From sequence record SRR20825019_1641: a stretch of DNA of 64,000 nt, one strand, 5' to 3'. The stretch's first letter is position 1; the number at the start of each line of letters is the position of its first letter. The notes beneath the pieces are model-generated. The model saw nothing but the letters and a program-made list of their open reading frames with translations. It did not search any database and was not told the DNA's origin. Positions 19,478 through 27,936 of the stretch are shown here, one piece after another. Position numbers and translations under genes: made by a program.

Positions 19478-20041
19478 TTAACGCCGCCTAAGCTGGCGTC
19501 GCTTTTTAGTCTGCTCTTCGTCGCCTCCAAATATATAGGTAAGCGAAATTGTCATTCTAGTGACGCCGGGCTTGGCAACGAACATAACTTCTTCCGCGTC
19601 GGGTGGCGCGAGCGAGAGTTCCGGGTTGTTGGAGAACCCAAAACCTTCACTGAAGAAGTCTGCTTTACCGTTTGAGTTTCTGTCATGCAACACCACGAGG
19701 GCGTGTGGTCCGACCGACGGCAACGGCACGCAAATCTGTTGCCCTTCCTCTTCGGTGGGCACATCTACACGCACTAGCTTTTTGCCCTTTTCCAGGAAGT
19801 CTTCCGGGTTACTGCCATAAATCTGTGCGCGGATATTACCTTCGTTGTCTTTGAGGCCTTCAATCGCCAACAAAAGCGCAGGGCCTGCGGCGGCGTCTGC
19901 GCAGAGTGCTATATCGTGTTCCAGTTCGACCTCATCGTCAGCAACGACCATAGGGCCAACTGCCAGTGTGAGTGCAACACTCAGGCCCCAAAACTTTTTA
20001 GCACGCATAAACTTCTCCTGGCTTGTGATCTTAAGCCGCAA
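19478..20041 (-). CDS. DUF2141 family exported protein
   Basis: Signal peptide, G.I...Y and ALVVLHDRNSNGK...EGFGFSNNP motif. Confidence 0.85.
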   Translation of the reverse strand: MRLKITSQEKFMRAKKFWGLSVALTLAVGPMVVADDEVELEHDIALCADAAAGPALLLAIEGLKDNEGNIRAQIYGSNPEDFLEKGKKLVRVDVPTEEEGQQICVPLPSVGPHALVVLHDRNSNGKADFFSEGFGFSNNPELSLAPPDAEEVMFVAKPGVTRMTISLTYIFGGDEEQTKKRRQLRRR

Positions 20042-20207
20042 CCTTAATGCCCTTGCCTCTGCACAGCAGATGGCGTCCGATGGTGGCGAAAATATGTCCC
20101 ACCGTGGCTAAATTGAGTATAAGACAACTTGCTTTTGCCACGTTAGGCGAATGAATGGTAATAAAAAGTGTCTTGAAACAAGCCTCTAACAGGTGTAGCG
20201 CCAAAGC

Positions 20208-21398
20208 ATGTTAAATCGTATTGACCGGTATGTCCTTCGCCAGATCATGGGGCCTCTTCTCACCACGCTCGGGATCGCAGCATTGCTGTTGATCCTGGAG
20301 CGAATGCTCAAGTTGTTTGACTTTGTCGTCAATCAGGGCGGGCCGGTTGAGGTCGTCTTTCAAATGCTGGCGAACCAGATCCCGCATTATCTTGGCCTCG
20401 CCCTACCGGTGGGGTTGCTACTGGGCACCCTGCTCGCTTTCAGGAAGATTTCCCTTTCCAGCGAATATGACGCCATTGTCTCGTCCGGCATTGGTTTGCC
20501 ACGGCTCATGCGTCCGGTGTTGATGCTCTCTCTTGCGATGATGCTGATCAACACTGTGCTCGTTGGATGGATCCAGCCTTATGGACGTTATGCTTATCGC
20601 AACCTTGTATTTGATCTCAGAAGCGGCGCGCTTGGTGCCAGTGTGCGCGTGGGCGAATTTGTTGACTTGGGCGATAACATCACGTTGATGATTGAGGAAA
20701 GCCGCCAGCAGGGCGCGGAGCTTGTTGGGATTTTCCTTGAGCGCCGCGACGAGCAAAACACCATTTCGGTCACCGCCGAGCGCGGCGGTTTTTTTGCGAC
20801 CGAGGACGACCAGACCATTTTGCTGCGCCTTTATAACGGCGTGTTGGTTGATCTGAACGAAGGACAAAATAAACCCCGTGTGCTGAGTTTCGACCAACAG
20901 GACCTGACGGTAAAACTGCCTGCGAAAGAAACCTTCCGCGACAGGGGAGGAGAAGAGCTGGAACTGACCCTGCCCGAACTGAACAGGGAACGTTATAACC
21001 CCGCCCTCAGCGTAAAGGAGGCAAATGCGATGAACGCCAACTTCCACTGGCGTGTGATGCATAGCGTAACCTTTCTGGTCCTGCCGTTTCTGGCCATCCC
21101 CATGGGGCTTACCAACAAACGAACCGCCCGCGGCACAGGTATTGTGGTCGGTCTCTCTCTCCTGATCCTCTATAATGAATTTATGGAGGCGATGGAAACG
21201 GCGGTTACGAACGGTGCCTCACCCTATGCCACAACGTGGTTGTTATTTGGCTTGTTTACATTGCTCAGTTTGTTCTTCTTCCGTATCGCAGCCTATCGGG
21301 TTGGGGGTGAACCGCTCGCGTGGATCGACCGCACATGGGCTGTCATCAGCGGACCAATGAAACGCCTGTCCAAGCGCTTGATGGGGGTCAGTGACTAA
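20208..21398 (+). CDS. lptF: LptF-family permease (paralog within the sphingolipid locus)
   Basis: IDRYVLRQI, SEYDAIVSSGIGL and a six-TM YjgP/YjgQ layout. Confidence 0.88.
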   Translation: MLNRIDRYVLRQIMGPLLTTLGIAALLLILERMLKLFDFVVNQGGPVEVVFQMLANQIPHYLGLALPVGLLLGTLLAFRKISLSSEYDAIVSSGIGLPRLMRPVLMLSLAMMLINTVLVGWIQPYGRYAYRNLVFDLRSGALGASVRVGEFVDLGDNITLMIEESRQQGAELVGIFLERRDEQNTISVTAERGGFFATEDDQTILLRLYNGVLVDLNEGQNKPRVLSFDQQDLTVKLPAKETFRDRGGEELELTLPELNRERYNPALSVKEANAMNANFHWRVMHSVTFLVLPFLAIPMGLTNKRTARGTGIVVGLSLLILYNEFMEAMETAVTNGASPYATTWLLFGLFTLLSLFFFRIAAYRVGGEPLAWIDRTWAVISGPMKRLSKRLMGVSD

Positions 21399-22552
21399 TG
21401 CATGCCATACGTACATTTCGCCGCCTGATGGTCCCATCCCGCACGCTGGCGCGCTACATGGTGCGTATGCACCTTGGCCGTTTTTTTGGCATTCTGATTG
21501 GCCTGACAGCTATCCTTCAACTGCTCGTATTGATGGCCGTCTCGGATGAAATCATGGCTGCTGATGGCGCCACCTGGGTTTCGCTTGTGTCGTTTGTTGG
21601 CATGCGCGGGCCACAGCTTATAAGCCAGTTTACGCCGTTTGCCGCACTACTTGCCTCCCTGCTCACTCTCGCAACGCTGAATCAGCACAGTGAGGTGGTG
21701 ATCATGAAAGCAAGTGGGCTATCCGCGCACCGCATTCTACTGCCGCTTGGCATCGCGAGCTTCATCATCGCAGGCGCACATTTCGTCTTTAACGAAACCG
21801 TTGTCGTAGATGCAAATGCCGAGCTTGAATATTGGGAAGCGCACGACTATGCCGTTGACCTGCCGGAGAATACTGGCATCGCCGGTCGTGTCTGGCTGAA
21901 GGAAAACAGCACCGTGGTGCTGGTTGAAGCCGTCAGCCGTATCAGAAGCCGCGTCGTGCTTGATAAAGTTTCCCTCTTTGAACGGGATGAAGTTGGCCGC
22001 CTCACCGCTATGTCCCGCGCTGAATTCGCATGGTACCAAGACGGCAAATGGACCCTGCATGAAGTCAGGCGGTTTGATACCAAAAGCCATGAACTCACCA
22101 TCAACGACACGCAGGAATGGAAAATACCAACCCGCCCTGAACGCTTTCTGGCACTTACGGTAAAGCCGGATCACGTATCGTTCCCCGCACTTTGGCGGTC
22201 CATGCATGAATTGGAGAAAGACGGCCTACCAACCGAGCGGCTTATGGCCAGCTTCCTCCATAAAATTGCAGGGCCTGCATCCACGCTGCTTATGCCCTTG
22301 CTCGCCGCTGTCGCCGCCTTTGGTGTCACACGGGCCGGCAACCTTGCAATCCGTATCGTCTTCGGCATGGCACTTGGTTTCAGCTTCTTTGTGGCAGACA
22401 ACTTCATGCGCGCCATGGGGGAGTTTGGTGTAGCGCCGCCGTTTTTGGCTGCCTGGGCGCCTTTCCTCTTGTTCCTCTTCCTCGGTTACAGCGTGGTATT
22501 CTATACGGAAGAAGGCCAACCCAAGCTTCGCAAAAAAAAGGCTGCTGAGTGA
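21398..22552 (+). CDS. lptG: LptG-family permease (paralog within the sphingolipid locus)
   Basis: TLARYM, PFAALLA, SEVVIMKASGLS and LAAWAP; TAATG coupling to lptF. Confidence 0.9.
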   Translation: MHAIRTFRRLMVPSRTLARYMVRMHLGRFFGILIGLTAILQLLVLMAVSDEIMAADGATWVSLVSFVGMRGPQLISQFTPFAALLASLLTLATLNQHSEVVIMKASGLSAHRILLPLGIASFIIAGAHFVFNETVVVDANAELEYWEAHDYAVDLPENTGIAGRVWLKENSTVVLVEAVSRIRSRVVLDKVSLFERDEVGRLTAMSRAEFAWYQDGKWTLHEVRRFDTKSHELTINDTQEWKIPTRPERFLALTVKPDHVSFPALWRSMHELEKDGLPTERLMASFLHKIAGPASTLLMPLLAAVAAFGVTRAGNLAIRIVFGMALGFSFFVADNFMRAMGEFGVAPPFLAAWAPFLLFLFLGYSVVFYTEEGQPKLRKKKAAE

Positions 22553-24093
22553 GCAGCGACCCGAACACAGACAGCACCCCCGAGCCTGAAAACCACCGGG
22601 CACGGGTTGCGGGCGGTGCCGGTTTTGCGTTTCTGGGCCGCCTTGGTGCGCTTATTGAAGTCGTCTCCGTTATCGCGTTCACATGGGTATACGGCGCAGC
22701 CACCTTCGGGCTTTTTGCCGTACTCTGGAGCTATGTGAAGGTCTCGACAGCGCTTTCAGATGCTGCCATGACCACCGCGCTCCAACGGTTCGTGCCCAAA
22801 GCAAAAGGGGATGACGCAAACCTCGTCGCAGGTCATGCCATCAAACTCAGCTTTGTGATCTCCAGCTCAATCGCCGCCCTCACCTGTTTTGCGGCCCCTC
22901 ACCTCGCCGGGTTCATCAATGCGGCAGATGCGGATGCCGGCCATCTGGTTACCGTCATCCGGCTCTATGTATGGGTGCTCCCGTTCTGGACCATGGTCGA
23001 GGTTGCCACAGCGGCCATTCGGGCCCGCCGCACCTTCGGCCCTGAGATCCGAGTACGCATTTTTTATGAGCAAGGCTTACGCCTCGTTGCTGCCATGGCA
23101 CTTGGCCTCTCGGGATACCTTACCTACGGGCTTTTCCTCGCGCATCTTTTGAGCGTTGTCCTCGCCGCCCTGCTCGCGCTGCGCCTCGTGGCCAAACACT
23201 ATTCAATCAGCGCAGTGTTCAAAGCACCTCTCACTGGCTCCATAGCCCGCGAAATGCGCAGCTATGGTTTCTCGGTCATGCCCGCCAATATCATCAAGAA
23301 GCTCTTCAGCGAGTTTCCGGTCATGTTCCTCAACTTCATGCTGCCGGGTGCAGCCGGTGCGGCGGCTGGCGGTTATTATGCCGTCGCCCGCAAAATCGCC
23401 AGCGCCCTTCAGGCAGTGCGCATGACGTTTGAGTATGTCATGGCCCCGCTTGCGGCCGAAAAAGACGGCCACGGCGATCATACTGCCCTGCATGACATGT
23501 ACGCTTATGCGACGCGCCTGTCGCTTTGCCTTGCGCTGCCGTTTGGTGCGGCACTTGTGCTCGCGCGCCACGATATTCTCGCCACCATGGACCCGGAGTT
23601 TCAGGCTGCCGCCGCTGCCATCGCCATCCTGTGCCTCGGGCGTGTACTTGAGGCTGCAACCGGGCCGTCGTCTGCCATTATCGAAATGCTCGGCCACCGC
23701 CTTCTGCCGCCACTTAACGGCCTTGTGGGGCTTGCCGCGCTTTTGGGCCTTGGCATCTGGCTTATCCCTGCATATGGCGTCACAGGCGCCGCTGTCGCCG
23801 CCGCAGCCGGGCTCAACATCACCGCACTTCTGGCACTTATTGAAGGACAGTTGCTTTTTCGCCTCTGGCCATATGATCGCCAGATCGCGCGCCCGCTTCT
23901 TGCCTCACTTCTCACCAGCGGGCTCATACTCGCACTGGTTTCCGCCAGCAGCAAGTGGCCCGCCCCTTTCGGCATTTTGAGTGCTATTCTGGGGCTCGTG
24001 CTCGCGGTCATCATCCTGATCCGTTTCGGGCTCACACATGAGGATGCAGAAGCCCTTGGTAAACTTGGTAAACTTAAAAAGAAAAGAACATGA
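22549..24093 (+). CDS. MOP superfamily (Wzx/MurJ/MATE-like) flippase
   Basis: About 14 hydrophobic segments with YGAATFGLF, GYYAVA and LIPAYGVTGAAVA; GTGA overlap with lptG. Confidence 0.82.
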   Translation: MSSDPNTDSTPEPENHRARVAGGAGFAFLGRLGALIEVVSVIAFTWVYGAATFGLFAVLWSYVKVSTALSDAAMTTALQRFVPKAKGDDANLVAGHAIKLSFVISSSIAALTCFAAPHLAGFINAADADAGHLVTVIRLYVWVLPFWTMVEVATAAIRARRTFGPEIRVRIFYEQGLRLVAAMALGLSGYLTYGLFLAHLLSVVLAALLALRLVAKHYSISAVFKAPLTGSIAREMRSYGFSVMPANIIKKLFSEFPVMFLNFMLPGAAGAAAGGYYAVARKIASALQAVRMTFEYVMAPLAAEKDGHGDHTALHDMYAYATRLSLCLALPFGAALVLARHDILATMDPEFQAAAAAIAILCLGRVLEAATGPSSAIIEMLGHRLLPPLNGLVGLAALLGLGIWLIPAYGVTGAAVAAAAGLNITALLALIEGQLLFRLWPYDRQIARPLLASLLTSGLILALVSASSKWPAPFGILSAILGLVLAVIILIRFGLTHEDAEALGKLGKLKKKRT

Positions 24094-24431
24094 CAGACCC
24101 CATAGAATTTGCAGACTTCCTCAAGGTTGATATCCGCGTTGGCACAATCCTCACCGCCAAAACAAACGCCAAGGCACGCAAACCCGCTTATGTGCTGGAG
24201 ATAGACTTTGGCGACGCATTCGGCGTCAAAACCACCTCAGCCCAGATTACGGAAGAACACAGCCTTGATGACCTGCCCGGCATGCAGGTGCTTGCGGTTA
24301 CCAATTTTCCGCCCTTGAGGGTTGCAGGTGTGAAATCAGAGGTCCTCACCCTCGCCACCATGGAGGAGGCCGGGCGTACGGTGCTGATCACACCATCAAA
24401 GCCGGTGCCGAATGGTACGCGCCTCCTGTAG
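24090..24431 (+). CDS. csaA: CsaA / tRNA-binding OB-fold protein
   Basis: DFLKVDIRVGTI, KPAY, SAQIT, NFPP and SEVL. Confidence 0.88.
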   Translation: MTDPIEFADFLKVDIRVGTILTAKTNAKARKPAYVLEIDFGDAFGVKTTSAQITEEHSLDDLPGMQVLAVTNFPPLRVAGVKSEVLTLATMEEAGRTVLITPSKPVPNGTRLL

Positions 24432-24508
24432 CCCCGCTTTAGGCTTGAAAAACACCACCACTGCTTTATTCCAACATAGAAGTTACATTCCACTGAGGGG
24501 ACACGCGC

Positions 24509-25645
24509 GTGAGCGATATCAAAATCAGACAGATAACCGACACTTCGGGCCTGAAGGATTTCGTGAACGCGACCCGCACGGTTTATCAGAATGACCCGAA
24601 TTGGGTGCAGCCCCTGATGATGGAACGCATGGATGCGCTCCGTCCTGACAAAAATCCATATTATGAGCATGCGGAAGTAGCCATGTGGGTAGCGGAGCAG
24701 AACGGCAAGCTCATTGGCCGTATCTCCGCCCAGATTGATAGCCTGGCGCAGGAAAAATGGGGACCAAACCTTGGCCACTTCGGTTTTTTCGAAGCGTTGG
24801 ACGGCAAGGCGGCAGATGCCCTGCTCAAAACCGCTGAAGTCTGGCTTTCCGAACGCGGCATGAAACGTATGCAGGGCCCATGGTCTTTCTCAACGGCCGA
24901 AGAGGTCGGCACGCTGATTGACGGTTTTGACACCCCGCCTTGTGTGATGATGCCCCATGGCAGGCCTGAGTATGATGGCTGGCTCAAGGCTCATGGGCTT
25001 GATAAAGCCAAGGATATGCACGCCTTCCGGCTTGACCTGCACAAACCCGTGCCCGAACGCGCCAAACGCATCGTCGGCATGGCTGTCAAGAACAAACGCA
25101 CCACCATGCGGCCGGTGAATATGAAACGTTTTGATGAAGAAGTTGCCACCATCCTCGATATCTATAACGAGGCATGGTCCGAAAACTGGGGCTATGTGCC
25201 GTTCACCGACCATGAGATCGAGCACGGCGCCAAAGCGCTCAAACCCATCGTCAAGCCATACCGCACTTATATTTGTGAGTATGATGGTGAGCCCGTGGCC
25301 TTCATGCTCACCATCCCAGATGTGAACCACAAGATTCGCGACCTAGATGGCAACCTGCTGCCTTTCGGCTGGGCCAAGCTGGCATGGCGCATGCTTAATG
25401 GCCGGGAGGACCGCTGCCGCGTACCGCTGATGGGCGTGCGCAAGAAATTCCAGAAAGGCCCCTTGGGGGCCGCCATGGCCATGTGGATGATCCAGGTATC
25501 ACAGAAGAATGTGATGGACCGTGGCGCTTATTTCGGTGAGCTTGGCTGGATTCTCGAAGACAACGACGGCATGATTAGCATCCTCGAGGAAATCGGGTGC
25601 GAAATTTATAAAACCTACCGGGTATACGAGAAACAACTCAACTGA
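24509..25645 (+). CDS. bcerS: Double-GNAT N-acyltransferase, probable bacterial ceramide synthase
   Basis: GRISAQID, GHFGFFE, GFDTPPCVMMPH, NEAWSENWGYVPFT and WILEDN; follows lptFG in the spt locus as in Caulobacter. Confidence 0.8.
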   Translation: MSDIKIRQITDTSGLKDFVNATRTVYQNDPNWVQPLMMERMDALRPDKNPYYEHAEVAMWVAEQNGKLIGRISAQIDSLAQEKWGPNLGHFGFFEALDGKAADALLKTAEVWLSERGMKRMQGPWSFSTAEEVGTLIDGFDTPPCVMMPHGRPEYDGWLKAHGLDKAKDMHAFRLDLHKPVPERAKRIVGMAVKNKRTTMRPVNMKRFDEEVATILDIYNEAWSENWGYVPFTDHEIEHGAKALKPIVKPYRTYICEYDGEPVAFMLTIPDVNHKIRDLDGNLLPFGWAKLAWRMLNGREDRCRVPLMGVRKKFQKGPLGAAMAMWMIQVSQKNVMDRGAYFGELGWILEDNDGMISILEEIGCEIYKTYRVYEKQLN

Positions 25646-25656
25646 TTGGGCCCCAT

Positions 25657-26343
25657 ATGAACGACCGGAGACGACACAGCGACAACGCTGACACCATGCG
25701 GCTTGCGAGCTTCATGGGGGAGTATCTGGTCAAATGCCCCAAATGCAGTGCCCTTGCCATCATTCGCGGTGAACGCCTCACCTGCACCGGGTGCCACGCC
25801 AACATTCATGGAAAAGAAGCACCTCTCCGGGCGTCAGCTTTGCCTGGTGGGCATTATTCTAATGCGGGGGTAAAACACTGGCATAGTCGCGTGATGCCCG
25901 TGCTTGAGCGCAAGGACGGCACGCCAGAGCGTTATAGCTGTCCAGGCTGCGGTAACGACCTGTCCGCGCCTAACACGCGCCAGAACACCGCCCACCTGCC
26001 CCGCACGCTGGATATCACCTGCGATGGCTGCGGGCGAGAGAACACCTTCACACCTATATGGAAACCTGCCTATTCTGCCAGTGAAGCCCGCGACCCAGCC
26101 TTCGGCTGCGAGCTTTACCTGCAAAAAACCCTGCGCGAAGGCACCCTTTTTGCTTTCAACGCCAACCATGCCGAAGCACTGCGGGATTATGTCAGCGCTG
26201 GTTTGCGCGAATGGAAAGCGGAGAACAGCGGCATGCGCAGCTATTTCACCAACCTGCCCGCATGGATCAAAGCGGCCAAAAGCCGTGATACCATCGTGAA
26301 AACGCTGGAAGGGTTTATCGAGGAAGCGAAGGCAATCGACTAA
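25657..26343 (+). CDS. Hypothetical zinc-ribbon protein (four CxxC motifs)
   Basis: CPKC, CTGC, CPGC and CDGC, with a conserved-looking DPAFG.ELYLQ...LPAWIK C-terminus. Confidence 0.75.
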   Translation: MNDRRRHSDNADTMRLASFMGEYLVKCPKCSALAIIRGERLTCTGCHANIHGKEAPLRASALPGGHYSNAGVKHWHSRVMPVLERKDGTPERYSCPGCGNDLSAPNTRQNTAHLPRTLDITCDGCGRENTFTPIWKPAYSASEARDPAFGCELYLQKTLREGTLFAFNANHAEALRDYVSAGLREWKAENSGMRSYFTNLPAWIKAAKSRDTIVKTLEGFIEEAKAID

Positions 26344-27866
26344 CCACTGGCGACCATCATGCCCTGTGCGAGTTCTGCGAATTCACATAAGAGCGGGCGG
26401 GTGTCGCGGGGGTCAATCACGTCTTCCACCATGAAAGCTTCGGCGGTGCGGAACGGGCTGCGCACCTTATCAAGCCGTGCCTTGATCTCATTGAGTGCTG
26501 CCTGTGGGTCTTCAGCTTTTTCAAGCTCCGCCTTGTAGGCAACCTCAATCCCGCCCTCAAGCGGCAGACTTCCCCAGTCACCCGACGGCCAGGCGAAACG
26601 GTACTGGAACCGGGTGTGGTCGCTCATCGCGGCGCCACCCACACCGTATGCCTTGCGCACAATCACACTGGCCCACGGCACGGTTGATTTATAGATGCCG
26701 TTAAGCGCATCAACCCCAAACCGGATGGTGGCGGCTTTCTCGGCCTCTAGCCCGATCATGAAGCCAGGGTTATCGACAAAATGCACCACAGGCAGCGAGA
26801 AGGTATTCGCGAGCTTCACGAAACGTTCCACCTTGCGCGCACCGTCTGCCGACCATGAACCACCCATGAAGGAAGGGTCGCTTGCTATCACAGCCATCGG
26901 CCAGCCGTTAAGGCGCGCGAGCGCGGTGATAGAGCTGCGCCCCCACATGCGGCCAATTTCCATCACGCTGCCCCGGTCCATCACGCGGTCCAGAATTTTA
27001 CGCATCGAGTATGCCGCGCGCCTGTCATCCGGCACGGCGTCCTTAAGCGCCTCATCCCGCCGTTCAGCGCCGTCGGACGCATCACCGCGCGGGGGCAGCG
27101 TTCCCGCAGCGTTCGGCAGGTAGGAGAGGAAACGTTTCGCGGCAGCCACCGCTTCATCTTCCGTATTCACAACATCATCCACCGTGCCGTTGCGGCCATG
27201 AATGTCGGCACCACCCAGCGCCTCTTTATCAAGGTTTTCACCAATGGCAGCCACCACCGCAGGCCCGGCGGTGAAGATATGCGAAAGCCCACGCACCATC
27301 ACACTATAGTGCGACGCCACCACGCGTGCGGCGCCAAGCCCCGCCACTGAGCCAAGCGCAAGCGCTACTACCGGCACCGTCTCAAGGTTTTTGACCACAT
27401 GTTCCCAGCCCGGCAGATAAGGCACATAGGTAAGGCCCATGTCCTCCAGCATTTTAACGCTGCCGCCACCACCGGTGCCGTCAATCAGCCGAATGAGCGG
27501 CAGTTTAAACTCATGCGCCATCTGCTCCGCCTGCACGGCCTTGCGCCAGATAGCGGCGTCAGCGGCACCACCACGCACGGTGAAGTCATCCCCCGTCAGC
27601 ACAACCGGGCGGCGGTTTATCTCGGCTTTACCAAACAGGAAATTAGCGGGCGTGAAGTCTTGCAATTCACCATCCGGGCCATAGCTGCCCTTGCCCGCAA
27701 GCTTGCCAATTTCGCGAAACGAACCGGGGTCAGCCATCCTATTGATACGCTGGCGAACGTCCAACTTGCCGCGCCCATGCTGGCGCGCGAGCTTGTCCGC
27801 GCCGCCCATCTTCTCGGCCAGCGCTTCACGTTTTTCTTTTTCTTCCAGCTCTTTTTCCCACGCCAT
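26340..27866 (-). CDS. Acyl-CoA carboxylase beta (carboxyltransferase) subunit
   Basis: QHGRGKLDVRQRI, DDFTVRGGA, VDNPGFMIG, RKAYG and IDPRDTR. Confidence 0.92.
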   Translation of the reverse strand: MAWEKELEEKEKREALAEKMGGADKLARQHGRGKLDVRQRINRMADPGSFREIGKLAGKGSYGPDGELQDFTPANFLFGKAEINRRPVVLTGDDFTVRGGAADAAIWRKAVQAEQMAHEFKLPLIRLIDGTGGGGSVKMLEDMGLTYVPYLPGWEHVVKNLETVPVVALALGSVAGLGAARVVASHYSVMVRGLSHIFTAGPAVVAAIGENLDKEALGGADIHGRNGTVDDVVNTEDEAVAAAKRFLSYLPNAAGTLPPRGDASDGAERRDEALKDAVPDDRRAAYSMRKILDRVMDRGSVMEIGRMWGRSSITALARLNGWPMAVIASDPSFMGGSWSADGARKVERFVKLANTFSLPVVHFVDNPGFMIGLEAEKAATIRFGVDALNGIYKSTVPWASVIVRKAYGVGGAAMSDHTRFQYRFAWPSGDWGSLPLEGGIEVAYKAELEKAEDPQAALNEIKARLDKVRSPFRTAEAFMVEDVIDPRDTRPLLCEFAELAQGMMVASG

Positions 27867-27936
27867 GCGGATGCCCCTTTAAACTTTGCTTTCAAGGGTA
27901 AAATAGCGTGGTGGCAGGATAGTCAACCGGGCAGGT

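Noticed and set aside
19466-19482. CtrA-like site upstream of the lipid kinase
   Set aside because: The half-site spacing and sequence deviate from TTAA-N7-TTAA, and it overlaps a stop codon.
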